This document shows, one piece after another, positions 32,240 through 42,886 of a DNA stretch of 64,000 nucleotides. Both the position numbers and the translations under genes were made by a program. Source of the stretch: a virus; the IMG/VR virus record IMGVR_UViG_3300008267_013251, positions 81,016-145,015 of that record, one strand, 5' to 3'. The notes under the pieces are model-generated. The model was not told the origin of the DNA and searched no databases. It saw only the letters and a program-made list of their open reading frames with translations. How positions within the stretch are numbered: position 1 is the stretch's first letter; each line of letters begins with the position of its first letter.

Positions 32240-33685
32240 CTAGTTATTAGGAGGTGCAAACTGAATCTCTCCCAATCCAGCTGTAAAACTATAACCAGCA
32301 GAAACATTTGTCCAAATTCCACCTGTAGCTAATGTTTGTACTGGAGAAAATTGAATGCCATAAGTGTTATTACCGATTTGTCCACTACTTCCTAGCCCCC
32401 ATGTCCATAAAAGGCCATCATCTGTAATACCTGCTGCATGATTACTACCCGCTGCAACCTTAGTAAAAAAACCACCAACTATATTTTGTACTGGAGAGCT
32501 TCTTGGTAATAAATCTGGGGAAGCAAGCTGTCCGAAGGTATTATTTCCAAAAGCCCATATTTTGCCATCATAATCAACGACTTGTGTGTGTGAATTTCTT
32601 GTGTCTACATAAACCCAAGATTGAGTTGCCATGACTGTTTGAACAGGGCTGCTTCTATTAACAGTATCATTTGTGCCTAGCTGTCCATATGAATTATTTC
32701 CCCATACCCATAGCTCTGCTCCTGTTGAACTATTATTTTTCAAGGCAGCAACAACGAACTTTCCGCATGCAACTTGATGCCAGTCAGTATCAGCACCAAC
32801 TTGAATAGGAGATTTTTCGTATTTTTGAGTTAATAAAGGCAACGCAAAATAACCATCATTATTATTTCCAAGCTGGCCGTATGAGTTATTTCCCCACACC
32901 CAAAGCGTCCCGTCCGTTTTTATGGCAGCAGTATTTAAATATCCACACGAAACACTAGACCAAGTTGTATCCGAACCAACCTGCGTAGGACTACTCCTCG
33001 TATCCGTATCATTCTGTCCTAAAATACCAGCTATATTATAACCCCAAGTAAAAAGTGTATTGTCGCTCTTTATTGCAGCTGTATGAAATGTTCCACAAGA
33101 TATTTCAGACCAATTATTTGCAGTTCCTATTAAAACAGGAGATGTACGAGTAATATTTGTACCATCTCCAAGCTGTCCGTTGTCATTCATCCCCCACATC
33201 CACAAATAGCCATCTGTGGTAATTGCCCCAAAATGATTTCCACCAGCAGAAATTTTAGAATAGTAAAAATTACTATCGATAGTTTGTACGGGGTAACCAT
33301 ATGATGGTGGAAATCCATATGGAAAATTAAAATTACCAAGTTGCCCATAACTGTTATCACCCCACAACCAGAGATTCTTAAATACTGCTGGAATAGGTGG
33401 CGGTATCGGGACTAAAGGAGTCGGTGTCGGAACAGGAACCGGGGCAGGTGTGGGCGTAGGCGTTGGTGTCGGCGTTGGTGTCGGCCCCGGAGGAGTCGGA
33501 GTCGGTACAGGCACAATAGGTGCTCCGGGGCTAAAAGGAGCAATTGGAGAAACGGATGGAGTCTGTGCAATTATCGTATCATCAGGTATGCGAACGCCAC
33601 CATCCTTTTTTTCGAAAAGGATGTCAGGTGTTTGAATTCCATAATGATTTATAATATCATCTTGAACTTTTCGTTTTGATGGCAT
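32240..33685 (-). CDS. RCC1-repeat beta-propeller protein with PT linker
   Basis: About 7 LW.WG.N.YGQLG...SP repeats. Confidence 0.9.
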   Translation of the reverse strand: MPSKRKVQDDIINHYGIQTPDILFEKKDGGVRIPDDTIIAQTPSVSPIAPFSPGAPIVPVPTPTPPGPTPTPTPTPTPTPAPVPVPTPTPLVPIPPPIPAVFKNLWLWGDNSYGQLGNFNFPYGFPPSYGYPVQTIDSNFYYSKISAGGNHFGAITTDGYLWMWGMNDNGQLGDGTNITRTSPVLIGTANNWSEISCGTFHTAAIKSDNTLFTWGYNIAGILGQNDTDTRSSPTQVGSDTTWSSVSCGYLNTAAIKTDGTLWVWGNNSYGQLGNNNDGYFALPLLTQKYEKSPIQVGADTDWHQVACGKFVVAALKNNSSTGAELWVWGNNSYGQLGTNDTVNRSSPVQTVMATQSWVYVDTRNSHTQVVDYDGKIWAFGNNTFGQLASPDLLPRSSPVQNIVGGFFTKVAAGSNHAAGITDDGLLWTWGLGSSGQIGNNTYGIQFSPVQTLATGGIWTNVSAGYSFTAGLGEIQFAPPNN

Positions 33686-33745
33686 GCCCTCTCTCGTACT
33701 TTCATTATTGACCTAGTTTATATAGGCAAAAACCACGACTAAATA

Positions 33746-34435
33746 TCATAATTTTTCCAACATAGTCTTAATCAGAGGATGCCTTACAATTGCATTGTCA
33801 CTAAACCTAATAACAGCTATTCCCGGAGTTCCCTCCAGTCGTTTTACGATATCCATCAAGGCAACAGGGCCTCTTAGGTCCGATTGAGCGGGGTCACCAT
33901 TGATAATCAGCTTAGCATTACTTCCAATTCTGGTTAAAAACAGTTTTAATCCCATGTAAGTAGCATTTTGGGCTTCGTCAAAAAGGCAAATAGCGTCTTT
34001 ATGCGTCCTACCTCTTTGATATGCGATAGGTGAAACCTCAATACTGTGGTTGATAATGTCTCTTTGCAAGCCAGCTTTGCCAACCAAATCATCGAGAGAA
34101 TCATACATCGGCATCAAATATGGCGCTACTTTTTCAGAAAATGATCCCGGCAAATATCCAAGACTTTCTTGACTTTCAATAATTGGCCTTGTCAAAGTAA
34201 TTTTTTTCTTACTTTTAGTCAAAATTGCTTGGCAAGCGTAGGCTGTACTCAAAAAAGTTTTACCAGAACCAGCTGCACCGAGGCAAAAGATAATGTCATT
34301 TTCTTCGAATGTTTTCCATGCATTTTTTTGCTCAGAATTCAAAAATTCTATATGGAATGTGCCTGATTTTTTTTCTCTGGTTTCTGTAATTCTTGGTTGG
34401 CTTTTTGGTTGTCTGACAGTTTTTTTCTTGCTCAA
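33746..34435 (-). CDS. phoH: PhoH-family ATPase
   Basis: GAAGSGKT, LTRP, LGYLPG, RGRT, DEAQN, GDPAQSD and IVRHPL. Confidence 0.95.
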   Translation of the reverse strand: MSKKKTVRQPKSQPRITETREKKSGTFHIEFLNSEQKNAWKTFEENDIIFCLGAAGSGKTFLSTAYACQAILTKSKKKITLTRPIIESQESLGYLPGSFSEKVAPYLMPMYDSLDDLVGKAGLQRDIINHSIEVSPIAYQRGRTHKDAICLFDEAQNATYMGLKLFLTRIGSNAKLIINGDPAQSDLRGPVALMDIVKRLEGTPGIAVIRFSDNAIVRHPLIKTMLEKL

Positions 34436-34466
34436 TTTATCCCCCGTTGATAGGTTTATAATCTAT

Positions 34467-35201
34467 CTATAATGCTCTTGCATGAACTTGCTGATAAACC
34501 TTTGGAAGTAATTTATAAGCTTTTTCCGTAAGCTCCTCATAATCATTTACATCGACTCCAAAAATGCTGTAATGATGAGCTACATTATTTTGCATAACTT
34601 GTGGCCTTAAACCGCTCAATTGGGCCTTGATAGTCATAATAAACGAATGGCCTATCAAAGGTAAATTATTTGGCCATGGAGCTATTTTGTTGTAACCATC
34701 TCTTGACAAAAGCATGCACCATTCCTGAATGAAATCAACTTTTTGATTTCCCATCTGGTACGATCCCATCTGCAATCCTACCATGCCAGATTGATTTGCT
34801 TCCGCAACATTTACAAACACATCAATCCAAGATGGATTCAGAATTACTACATCTGAATGCATGAATATTAAATACTTTGATCGAGGGTCTGAAGCTTGTA
34901 CCCCCAGATTGGCTGCTTCGGACCAATAAAGATTCTTGGGATTTCTAACAACCTTTACTTGTTCTTGTATTTCATCAAGAAATAATTGAGTTTCTGGACC
35001 AGAAGCGTTATCAACTACAATTACTTCATAAGAATTATTCCTTGAATTTACAGCTATCGACTGCAAGCATAAGTTCAAGTAAGACGGTCTGTCTTTGTGG
35101 ATTATGATGATGCTTACTGCTTCACCAACACAATCATCAAGATTAAAAACGAGATCAGGTTTATTACCTTCTAATGGATTGTGAACATGTGGTGTTTTCA
35201 T
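34467..35201 (-). CDS. glycosyltransferase family 2
   Basis: SIIII, EVIVVDNAS, A.N.G and FMHSDV. Confidence 0.75.
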   Translation of the reverse strand: MKTPHVHNPLEGNKPDLVFNLDDCVGEAVSIIIIHKDRPSYLNLCLQSIAVNSRNNSYEVIVVDNASGPETQLFLDEIQEQVKVVRNPKNLYWSEAANLGVQASDPRSKYLIFMHSDVVILNPSWIDVFVNVAEANQSGMVGLQMGSYQMGNQKVDFIQEWCMLLSRDGYNKIAPWPNNLPLIGHSFIMTIKAQLSGLRPQVMQNNVAHHYSIFGVDVNDYEELTEKAYKLLPKVYQQVHARAL

Positions 35202-35410
35202 GCGTCTTCAACCTCTAGTTCGTGAGGATGTCTCTCACAAGCAAAACTGAGCTCTCCTTCTGGAGTTGTAATTTTTTCAACCCAAGAAGCTTTTTCCTTA
35301 GACATAAAACTCTCTACGACATCCTTTGATTTAGATGCCTTGTCCACTCTGACAAATAAATTACGGCCATCAATTTCCTGTGCGACAGTTAAACAAATAA
35401 ATACTTTCAT
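35198..35410 (-). CDS. hypothetical protein
   Basis: GGAG SD before ATG 35410, overlapping the dut stop. Confidence 0.6.
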   Translation of the reverse strand: MKVFICLTVAQEIDGRNLFVRVDKASKSKDVVESFMSKEKASWVEKITTPEGELSFACERHPHELEVEDA

Positions 35411-35886
35411 AAAGCTCCTGTTGAACCAAAACCACCTAAATTTCTTTTTGTGACACTCAAAATATTGACAACAGACCAATCAACTTCGTTGTTTTTTTCG
35501 AGTAAAAACTGAGCTATTCTCTCTTTTGGCTGTATTGTTATTTCGTTCGATGAAATATTCATCAAAATCACCTTAATTTCATCTCTGTAATCTGAATCAA
35601 TTATTCCGGGAGCATTTGGGATAATCAGTCCTTTTTTACCCATAGAACTTCTGATGCAAATCTTCCCGTGATACCCATGTGGAATTTCAACCTTGATTCC
35701 AGTACCTACCAGCATAGGAATAAAAGATTTCAGAACTAAAGGTTCTGTTATTGATGCCCTCAAATCGTACCCAGCTGCCCCATCAGTTTGTCTCTGAGGA
35801 AAATAGTCACAATTATCAACAACAATGTTGACAACAACTTTTTTTTCTTTCTTCTGTTTCAGCTTCTCAAGAATTCGCTTGATCAT
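35407..35886 (-). CDS. dut: trimeric dUTPase
   Basis: AAGYDL, RSS, GIIDSDYR, RIAQ and R..GGFGSTG. Confidence 0.96.
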   Translation of the reverse strand: MIKRILEKLKQKKEKKVVVNIVVDNCDYFPQRQTDGAAGYDLRASITEPLVLKSFIPMLVGTGIKVEIPHGYHGKICIRSSMGKKGLIIPNAPGIIDSDYRDEIKVILMNISSNEITIQPKERIAQFLLEKNNEVDWSVVNILSVTKRNLGGFGSTGAL

Positions 35887-36277
35887 CTTGTTTCTCCGAA
35901 AGAACGCCTTGTTCCATCTGCTCTTGTAATTCTAAGATATCCTGTTTTGCAATGACAGGGGTAGGATCAGTTTTATTTTCTTTGAGTAGAAACTCCTTGT
36001 TTTTTCTCTCGCTATTGATTTTGATACAATCATTCAAAATGCTTTCAAAACGAGAAAAAAAATTCTTCAGGGCTGAATGAGGATATTTTTTAGCTCTTTG
36101 CAACATCATATTTTTGATTGTTACATCTTCAATTTTTGCTTCAATATAATTGATTATTTGACTCAAATAAATTGGTGTCAAATCCGTTGTCTCTCTAAGC
36201 CTTTTTTCTCTGTCAGACAGTCTATTTTTGACTGAATCAGAGTTTGATATCTTGAAATTCGTATTTTCTGCCGTCAT
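35867..36277 (-). CDS. hypothetical protein
   Basis: 136-aa coupled ORF. Confidence 0.6.
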   Translation of the reverse strand: MTAENTNFKISNSDSVKNRLSDREKRLRETTDLTPIYLSQIINYIEAKIEDVTIKNMMLQRAKKYPHSALKNFFSRFESILNDCIKINSERKNKEFLLKENKTDPTPVIAKQDILELQEQMEQGVLSEKQDDQANS

Positions 36278-36518
36278 AGTCTTCCTTCATTTTATCGAAC
36301 TGTTGTTGTATATCTTGTGTCTCCGCATATTCAACTGGGCCGACAACTTGAATTGGTGCGTAGATATCCTTGTTTATTTGTTCCAATACTTGTTTTTTTT
36401 CATCATCAGTCATTTCTGAAGCAGTTATTATGTCATTTGATTCTTGATCATAAAAACATATTATCTTTTTTCCATCTATATCAACAAGAAAAGACAATAA
36501 ACTTTTTACTGTTATCAT
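36237..36518 (-). CDS. hypothetical protein
   Basis: 93-aa ORF. Confidence 0.55.
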   Translation of the reverse strand: MITVKSLLSFLVDIDGKKIICFYDQESNDIITASEMTDDEKKQVLEQINKDIYAPIQVVGPVEYAETQDIQQQFDKMKEDYDGRKYEFQDIKL

Positions 36519-36525
36519 ATAAATA
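36518..36525 (+). promoter_or_regulatory. T4-like late promoter TATAAATA
   Basis: Exact octamer 8 nt upstream of ATG 36534; also exact at 23539-23546 and 17336-17343 (minus strand). Confidence 0.6.
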
Positions 36526-36533
36526 AGATAGTA

Positions 36534-36989
36534 ATGAGATTTTCAGGGTTCAAAAAATTCATCGAATCTATCGGTGGAGGCAGTTTTCTTCCAACGACTT
36601 GGACTGGCACAGAAGCCGATCCAAGTTCTTCCCTTGCTGGGCATCCTACATTTCTACCGGGGACAGATGTTGCAATCAGTTATTCTCCCATGGAAATTCC
36701 CAACACTCAAGTAGACGGCGTAGTCAAACATTTCAGCTACCGCACTAATCCAATTACTATTGAATTGGAAAACGGAACTAAACTAGCGATGGATGTAAAA
36801 CAATATAATAATATTGTAGGGGATTTGCCAATTGTTCCAAAGCTTACATCACTTGTAATTCATTTTCAAAGAAGACCAGATGACAACAAGTCTGAAGTAT
36901 CACAGATTGTCAAATGTATAGCTAAGTTTATTGGACCAGAGTACCTTAAAGCAAGTTACGGAATTAAGAATAAAAATCAGATGCCATGA
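36534..36989 (+). CDS. hypothetical protein, probable late/virion protein
   Basis: TATAAATA upstream; N-terminus MRFSGFKKFIE. Confidence 0.65.
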   Translation: MRFSGFKKFIESIGGGSFLPTTWTGTEADPSSSLAGHPTFLPGTDVAISYSPMEIPNTQVDGVVKHFSYRTNPITIELENGTKLAMDVKQYNNIVGDLPIVPKLTSLVIHFQRRPDDNKSEVSQIVKCIAKFIGPEYLKASYGIKNKNQMP

Positions 36990-37930
36990 GCAACTAAGAA
37001 TTTTCTCACTTCATCTGGATTACTAAATCCTTGTGGCATGTCTACTATGACATTCGCAATAATGTCGCCTCGTTTGAGGTTGTTTCTGATGTCATACATG
37101 CCTTTATTCTTCACTCGTAGTTTAGTCAAACATTCTGTTTTAGCAGGCATTTCAATTTCAACGACATCATTTTCTGCTGTTGGTATTTCTATCTTTCCAC
37201 CAAATAACATGGTACTAAATTTGGCCCTTACATTACAAAGAAGATTTAATCCATCAATTTTAAAAGTTTCGTCAGGTTCGAAAACACATTGCACATAAAG
37301 ATTGCCAATTCTACCGTTATTTCCTATATTTCCTTGCCCATTTAGGCACAGAGTCATATTATTCTGTATTCCTTTAGGAACCATAAAACCAATTGTTTGT
37401 TCGTCCGAATTGGTTTTTTTGGAACCAAAACATTTTTCACATTTATTTAAAGCAATCTTCCCGTGACCCAAGCACCGACCACAAAGGGTTTGAAACTGGA
37501 AGATAGAGTTCAAAGCATTAACGACATGTCCTGAGCCATGACAAGCATCACAAGGCCTAAAGGATGTTGCTCCGAACCCCCTGCAAGTACCGCATGGTAA
37601 TTTCTTGCTAATGCGTAAACTTTTTTCACCGCCATGGATACTGTCTTGTATTGTTATCTTGTAAATAATTTTTATATCTAAATTTTCTTGATCAAATATA
37701 TCAAAAACTAAATTGTTATTTCCACCTTGTAAACTGAAATCGTATTGTTGTCTTTTTTCTTTGTTTTTCAAAGTATCATAAGCATTTTGTATTTCAACAA
37801 ACTTAGAATGCACTTCAGTATTACCCGGATTTCTATCAGGGTGATACTGAAGTGCTTTTTTGCGATAAGCTTTTTCTATTTCATCTTGAGAAGCAGCATG
37901 GCTAACTTCCAAGATTTCATAAAAGTTCAC
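36977..37930 (-). CDS. dnaJ: DnaJ chaperone
   Basis: J domain with HPD, four CxxCxG repeats and C-terminal domain; GTG start. Confidence 0.93.
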   Translation of the reverse strand: MNFYEILEVSHAASQDEIEKAYRKKALQYHPDRNPGNTEVHSKFVEIQNAYDTLKNKEKRQQYDFSLQGGNNNLVFDIFDQENLDIKIIYKITIQDSIHGGEKSLRISKKLPCGTCRGFGATSFRPCDACHGSGHVVNALNSIFQFQTLCGRCLGHGKIALNKCEKCFGSKKTNSDEQTIGFMVPKGIQNNMTLCLNGQGNIGNNGRIGNLYVQCVFEPDETFKIDGLNLLCNVRAKFSTMLFGGKIEIPTAENDVVEIEMPAKTECLTKLRVKNKGMYDIRNNLKRGDIIANVIVDMPQGFSNPDEVRKFLVAHGI

Positions 37931-37932
37931 GA

Positions 37933-38271
37933 TTAGACTAAAACACCTTTAATGCAATGTGGCTCCATCAAAACACGATCTCTCTCTGAATCATCAAAAT
38001 TTGGCACAGGCACACCACTACCAGAAAGAATAACACGATCACCAATCTTGAATCCCCAGTTTTCTGGATTCAAGTTTGGCCCCAAATCCTTTACAAACGC
38101 TTGGTATTCATTTGTAGGCTTGTTGTTGTTCAAATGCAGCTTGGTGTTCATAATCTCTTGTGCTGTAAGCAGTTCAAGAAGTACTTGAGAGCCAACAGGC
38201 TTGCAGCCCTTAACTTCCTTAACTTCGAAATTAGCACAAGCCTTAGTCTCACAATTTTTCTTACACGCCAT
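37933..38271 (-). CDS. groES: GroES-like co-chaperonin
   Basis: KPVGSQVLLE, V..LGP, FKIGDRVI and IKGVL. Confidence 0.7.
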   Translation of the reverse strand: MACKKNCETKACANFEVKEVKGCKPVGSQVLLELLTAQEIMNTKLHLNNNKPTNEYQAFVKDLGPNLNPENWGFKIGDRVILSGSGVPVPNFDDSERDRVLMEPHCIKGVLV

Positions 38272-38280
38272 TCTAAACTC

Positions 38281-38658
38281 CTAATTTGTTGAATCTGTTG
38301 TAGTAACTACGGAAATTGTGTTCGTAGTTGCCAAACTATAATTATTATAGTTACCAAAGTGCGGTAGTGAATCGCTGAAAGGCAAAGGAACATAATTTGA
38401 AACAAAATCCTCTTGGAAACTAACTGTATTCCAAGTAGTATTGTTATATGTTGTCGGACACAAAGTTGTATCTGTTTTAACCTTATCATCATTAATGATC
38501 AAGCTTGCTGTAAAAGGTTTCTTTTTTTGATTTATGAATTCTGCTATTGCTTGTTCTGCAATTATTTCTGATAAATCATGGTAAGAATTTACAGCCTTCT
38601 TATAAACAGAAACTAAAAGCTCTTTTAAGTCTGCAAGATTAAATTCAACCTTATCCAT
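38281..38658 (-). CDS. hypothetical protein
   Basis: GAGG SD, 125 aa. Confidence 0.6.
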   Translation of the reverse strand: MDKVEFNLADLKELLVSVYKKAVNSYHDLSEIIAEQAIAEFINQKKKPFTASLIINDDKVKTDTTLCPTTYNNTTWNTVSFQEDFVSNYVPLPFSDSLPHFGNYNNYSLATTNTISVVTTTDSTN

Positions 38659-38660
38659 TT

Positions 38661-39617
38661 TTATTCCTCGATGATGTAGCTGATGAAATACGATCTGGTG
38701 TCTATTTCACCAATTAAAATGGTAAACTCCGCATTTTTCCATGTAAGTTCGGCATAATGGTCGAATATCGGTCCTTGCCAGTCTTTCCCATGTGGAAATG
38801 CTTCACATAAGCGTATGAATTTATAAGCATCCGTACCAGATAATGATTCCATATATGTGATAGGTTTAACATTTATTGCATCACAATGAACATAATCAGA
38901 AAGACATCTTAAAAGTTTCGATATTGTTACCCTTTGAAAACCATGTCTTTTTAAAGAAATTGATTCTTCTATGCTTTTTATTGTTGAACAAATTTCTTTA
39001 GAAATATTTGTACATCCCATTTTATACATGACATCTTTTTTATTTTGCAAATCATCTTTCAAATTATCAATCAAATTTGAGTTGTGATAATAATTTTCTA
39101 TATTGAATATATTCGAAGAACTTGATATTGTTGTATTGTTTTTAATATGTATCGACTGATTTTTCTTATTTGTTCTTGAAAGCCATCTGGTCTTTTCTGG
39201 AAGAAAGCGAGTATACACTTTAGTAACTTCTGGATTACCTACAAAATTCAAAAAATCTGGTTGTATTTCATCTATGATAACTTTCGATAGCGATGTTAAA
39301 TCCTTTTTGAGCGAAAAAGCTTTTTCTTCACAAAATTGTATGATTGAATTAATTTCATGACACTTTTGAAAAAAAGCAGGTGTAAAAACAGTTTCCAAAA
39401 AACCAGATAATCCTTTATGGTTTAAATCAATTGCATTAAAAAATTCATGAATCCTAGCAAAAGGATTATTGTAATTTTTAGACACAGGGCTACTTAATAG
39501 TGCTAATAAATTTTTCAAGCAAGATACAGAGCTAAATGTATCTATTTCTTGTTTTGTTTCACACAAGATTGAAGAATACAAAAAATTATTAGCTTGTTTA
39601 ATTTGTTCTAGATTCAT
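38661..39617 (-). CDS. hypothetical protein
   Basis: 318-aa ORF. Confidence 0.7.
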   Translation of the reverse strand: MNLEQIKQANNFLYSSILCETKQEIDTFSSVSCLKNLLALLSSPVSKNYNNPFARIHEFFNAIDLNHKGLSGFLETVFTPAFFQKCHEINSIIQFCEEKAFSLKKDLTSLSKVIIDEIQPDFLNFVGNPEVTKVYTRFLPEKTRWLSRTNKKNQSIHIKNNTTISSSSNIFNIENYYHNSNLIDNLKDDLQNKKDVMYKMGCTNISKEICSTIKSIEESISLKRHGFQRVTISKLLRCLSDYVHCDAINVKPITYMESLSGTDAYKFIRLCEAFPHGKDWQGPIFDHYAELTWKNAEFTILIGEIDTRSYFISYIIEE

Positions 39618-40143
39618 TTTTTTGTCCCACAGGACTTATCGTGCAGCACAGTTTTTGCCCCGCAAACTTCAAAACACCGTCAACTTGTCCATAATCTTTA
39701 GTTACTAAGAACAATTTTTCAAATGTTTGAAAACCAATATCCTTGTGGTTCATTTCTCTATGAGTAAATTTCATACTCACTAGAACCTTTTTTTCTTCTT
39801 GCAGAAACCTTACAGCCATCTTGGCTTTGGTTTCCAAATCATGATCTGTAATTGATGGTGTCAGACGAATTTCTTTCAGAACGACCATCGTCTTTTTCTG
39901 TTTTTTACGAGCTTCTTTCTCTCGCAACTTATTTTCATATTTAAACTTACTAAAATTTTCAATTATACAAACGGGAGGATTTGCTCCCGGTACCGTTTCT
40001 ATAAGGTCTAAACCTTGTGTTTGTGCATATTGCCTAGCTTTATCAACAGTCATGATACCTAGCTGATTATTATCATGACTAACTCTTACTGTATTTGCCC
40101 GAATTTGAAAATTTATTCTGTATCTTTTATGATCAAAACTCAT
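39598..40143 (-). CDS. infC: translation initiation factor IF-3
   Basis: RIN.QIR...VR, GLDLI, PPVC.I...KFKYE, KEIRL.P.I..HD...K. Confidence 0.92.
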   Translation of the reverse strand: MSFDHKRYRINFQIRANTVRVSHDNNQLGIMTVDKARQYAQTQGLDLIETVPGANPPVCIIENFSKFKYENKLREKEARKKQKKTMVVLKEIRLTPSITDHDLETKAKMAVRFLQEEKKVLVSMKFTHREMNHKDIGFQTFEKLFLVTKDYGQVDGVLKFAGQKLCCTISPVGQKNESRTN

Positions 40144-40160
40144 CAGATTTATTTAGCTCC

Positions 40161-40880
40161 TCATTCTGCTGTGGGTGAATCTAAAACCTCAATCAAAAAA
40201 CCTTCTCTGTCATTTGGAAATCTTCTTGCCCAACAAACATTGTCACCCAAATAGCAATGATAGTTCGGAACATTTGATGCTATAGGTGCTGGTGCAGTTG
40301 CACATATTTCCAACAACTTAAATTCTAGGAAGTATTTTCCTGAAAGACAAGTGTCATCAGGCATCCATTCATATATAAGAGTACTTCTTATTAATTGATT
40401 TTCTAATGTTGTTCCATCTAGTTGCTCAATATCTTGAAATTCCATTTCTCCGATAGCAGAATTATTCAAAAATCTTAAAAGTCGTATGCCTGTTCCTTTC
40501 TTCCAACTGTATATTTCTGTATTCATTTGACCACGAAATACATTTACAGTTTTATTTTCTTCGTCTATTGATTCTACAAGCATTCTTTCAAATGCACGAC
40601 CATTACCAACTTGGATAATAGTATCCATATTAATTTGCTCAAATCCAATATTATCTGCAAATTGAATAGTCGATGTTAGTGTCGTTATATTAGACTTCAA
40701 TTTAGCGTTAACCCACATACTTGCTTCAACAACGAGGTTGGTCAAGTTTATTGGCTGCTCACAGTCTGTCACATCTACTTTGAAAACTGGTCTGGTATCA
40801 TGCCTTTTTATCGTAAAATCAGCACAATCTACCGGAACACCATGACAGTCGTACTGAATTTGATTGCTATAGTTTATCAT
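40161..40880 (-). CDS. BppU-like (baseplate upper) structural protein
   Basis: F.IKR.DT.P, INLT, YEW...DT...G.Y..EF and FPN; ATAAATA upstream. Confidence 0.55.
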   Translation of the reverse strand: MINYSNQIQYDCHGVPVDCADFTIKRHDTRPVFKVDVTDCEQPINLTNLVVEASMWVNAKLKSNITTLTSTIQFADNIGFEQINMDTIIQVGNGRAFERMLVESIDEENKTVNVFRGQMNTEIYSWKKGTGIRLLRFLNNSAIGEMEFQDIEQLDGTTLENQLIRSTLIYEWMPDDTCLSGKYFLEFKLLEICATAPAPIASNVPNYHCYLGDNVCWARRFPNDREGFLIEVLDSPTAE

Positions 40881-40939
40881 ACTATTATTTATGCTGTCTA
40901 AGGAATTTTGTACTTTGAACTGTATTTGTATGTTTTACA

Positions 40940-41323
40940 TCAATTACTAGATTTCATATAAACTTGAAAAACTTCTAATTGACAATCATAATTGATCTTT
41001 TTCAATTCATCAATTCTAGCTCTTTCGTTTTTAGTCAAAGATTTGGTTATGTGTTCAAATGGTACTGGAAGAAGCCGTTCCAGTTGATTGGACTCATTCA
41101 TTTCCAAGCTGACTATAAAATTATAAGTTTTTATTTTTTCAATTTGATTGGCATGAAAAACGAACGAGTTATTTGTGTGGTCTATGAGTGCAGGGTTCAA
41201 AGGAATAAAGTTATTAGTAGGAATATTTAAGCGACGATTGCTAAAAAACTCTGCGTATTTAAACACAAAGTATACTTCAGTAACGCCTTTTATTTTTTTT
41301 AAGTTGAAATACTTTTTGTACAT
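40940..41323 (-). CDS. hypothetical protein
   Basis: 127-aa ORF. Confidence 0.55.
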   Translation of the reverse strand: MYKKYFNLKKIKGVTEVYFVFKYAEFFSNRRLNIPTNNFIPLNPALIDHTNNSFVFHANQIEKIKTYNFIVSLEMNESNQLERLLPVPFEHITKSLTKNERARIDELKKINYDCQLEVFQVYMKSSN

Positions 41324-41358
41324 TACAAAAACTCATCCGGTAACAAATTATACCAGAA

Positions 41359-41571
41359 TTATTTTTTCTTTTTGTTTTTTTTCTTCTTTTTCTTGGGAAC
41401 AAGAATCTTGGGAAATTCCTTATTCATCTTTTCCCATGCAAAAGGAGGTGAAGAGGAATGTGATGTAAAGCCAGCACTAGGTGGATATGCCCCATATCGA
41501 GCCCACGCTTCTCTAGCCCTTGTAGTAGCTGATGATTCTCTTGTTTTTAACCACTCTGCAAATTTCTTCAT
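41359..41571 (-). CDS. small basic protein (MKKFAEWL..RE, poly-Lys tail)
   Basis: Capsid-targeting-like N-terminus. Confidence 0.6.
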   Translation of the reverse strand: MKKFAEWLKTRESSATTRAREAWARYGAYPPSAGFTSHSSSPPFAWEKMNKEFPKILVPKKKKKKNKKKK

Positions 41572-41584
41572 GCAATATATATGT

Positions 41585-41905
41585 TCAATAAAATCTTTTT
41601 GGCATTCTAACTTTTTTAGTGGTTATTTTTGTCAACAAATCAAGGTCCATATTTTTTTTTGCTTCTGCGAACATGTCCATCAAAAAATAAAACTTATTCG
41701 ATAATTTACTTAAATTTGGTATAGTTGTATAATACCCTGTATGTTCTACAAAATGTTTGGCCGTTCTAGTAGTATAAAAATACTTTAAAAAAACTGATTG
41801 AAGCTTAGTTTTAAAATATCTCTTGATCCAAACATGTTCTTTAGGTAAATCAAATTTATGATAACCTTGATTTATAAAATACAAATTTCTTTCGAAATAA
41901 TTCAT
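41585..41905 (-). CDS. hypothetical protein
   Basis: Coupled ORF. Confidence 0.6.
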   Translation of the reverse strand: MNYFERNLYFINQGYHKFDLPKEHVWIKRYFKTKLQSVFLKYFYTTRTAKHFVEHTGYYTTIPNLSKLSNKFYFLMDMFAEAKKNMDLDLLTKITTKKVRMPKRFY

Positions 41906-42105
41906 CTTTCTATATTGATTTTATAGCCTGCTTTAGCTAAAGTCCTCATTACTTTTTGCTCTTCTCCAGCAGCAAGTAATTGACGGCCATATTTATCCTC
42001 ATACTTAATTTTATAAATCTCCGCTTCTGGCAAGGTGATAGAATTGTCTTTTTGGGACAATCCCATATTATCAACAGCAAGCAAACTCTTTTCAAAAACT
42101 TTCAT
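41902..42105 (-). CDS. hypothetical protein
   Basis: GGAG SD. Confidence 0.6.
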   Translation of the reverse strand: MKVFEKSLLAVDNMGLSQKDNSITLPEAEIYKIKYEDKYGRQLLAAGEEQKVMRTLAKAGYKINIER

Positions 42106-42115
42106 CTAGAAACTC

Positions 42116-42445
42116 CTATCTGAGGTCATCCATTAAAGAATTTCTCAATTCTTCAATTTGTATCCTTAGCAATTCAATGTCTTCTGACTGTTTATTTTGA
42201 ACTTCCAAAAGCTTCATGTTAGCTTGCTTGTAAAAATTCAAATCATCCAAAAGATTCTTCAAATCGGCTTTCGAGTTAGCAAAAAACTCATGGACCGCAA
42301 AGTCATATTCTGGTTCCCAGTCTCCTCCAGCCCACATCAAGTAGTTTTTAGCACCTATACTGGTGACTGAAAAATCTCCTTGAGGAAGACTGTTGAGTCT
42401 TTTTTTTATTGCTTCCAGATCGGCCTTACACCTTATATTTAACAT
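42116..42445 (-). CDS. hypothetical coiled-coil protein
   Basis: GGAGG SD. Confidence 0.65.
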   Translation of the reverse strand: MLNIRCKADLEAIKKRLNSLPQGDFSVTSIGAKNYLMWAGGDWEPEYDFAVHEFFANSKADLKNLLDDLNFYKQANMKLLEVQNKQSEDIELLRIQIEELRNSLMDDLR

Positions 42446-42463
42446 GAGGCCTCCTGTAACATT

Positions 42464-42886
42464 CTAGTTGTAATAACAGTAGCGAACCAGCAAAATTAAA
42501 AATCCCGGCTTGTAATGATGTGGTACTTTACAATCAATTAATTGATTCATGCAAGTAACGATAATTTGAGAGTCTCTGGTCACAGAGCCATCAAACTCAT
42601 CATCATCATCAACAATCTTTTCGTACTCTTGGTGCGAAAATTTTTCAAGCAATCGCAAACAAACATCAACCGACTTTTCAAAAGATTTTTCATTGGTAAA
42701 AGAATTTACAATATTAAAATCTTTTTGTGTGATGTTTTCTGTAGGTTTGAAATGGGGATAAAACTCAAATATTTTATGAAAACATTCATTGATTTTATCG
42801 TATGCAGTAGTTTCAGTCACAAAACTGCTATCTTTAGATAACTCGGCATCAAAAACATCAGTAGCACGGATTTTCATAAAGCTCAT
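42464..42886 (-). CDS. hypothetical protein
   Basis: AGGAGG SD before ATG 42886. Confidence 0.65.
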   Translation of the reverse strand: MSFMKIRATDVFDAELSKDSSFVTETTAYDKINECFHKIFEFYPHFKPTENITQKDFNIVNSFTNEKSFEKSVDVCLRLLEKFSHQEYEKIVDDDDEFDGSVTRDSQIIVTCMNQLIDCKVPHHYKPGFLILLVRYCYYN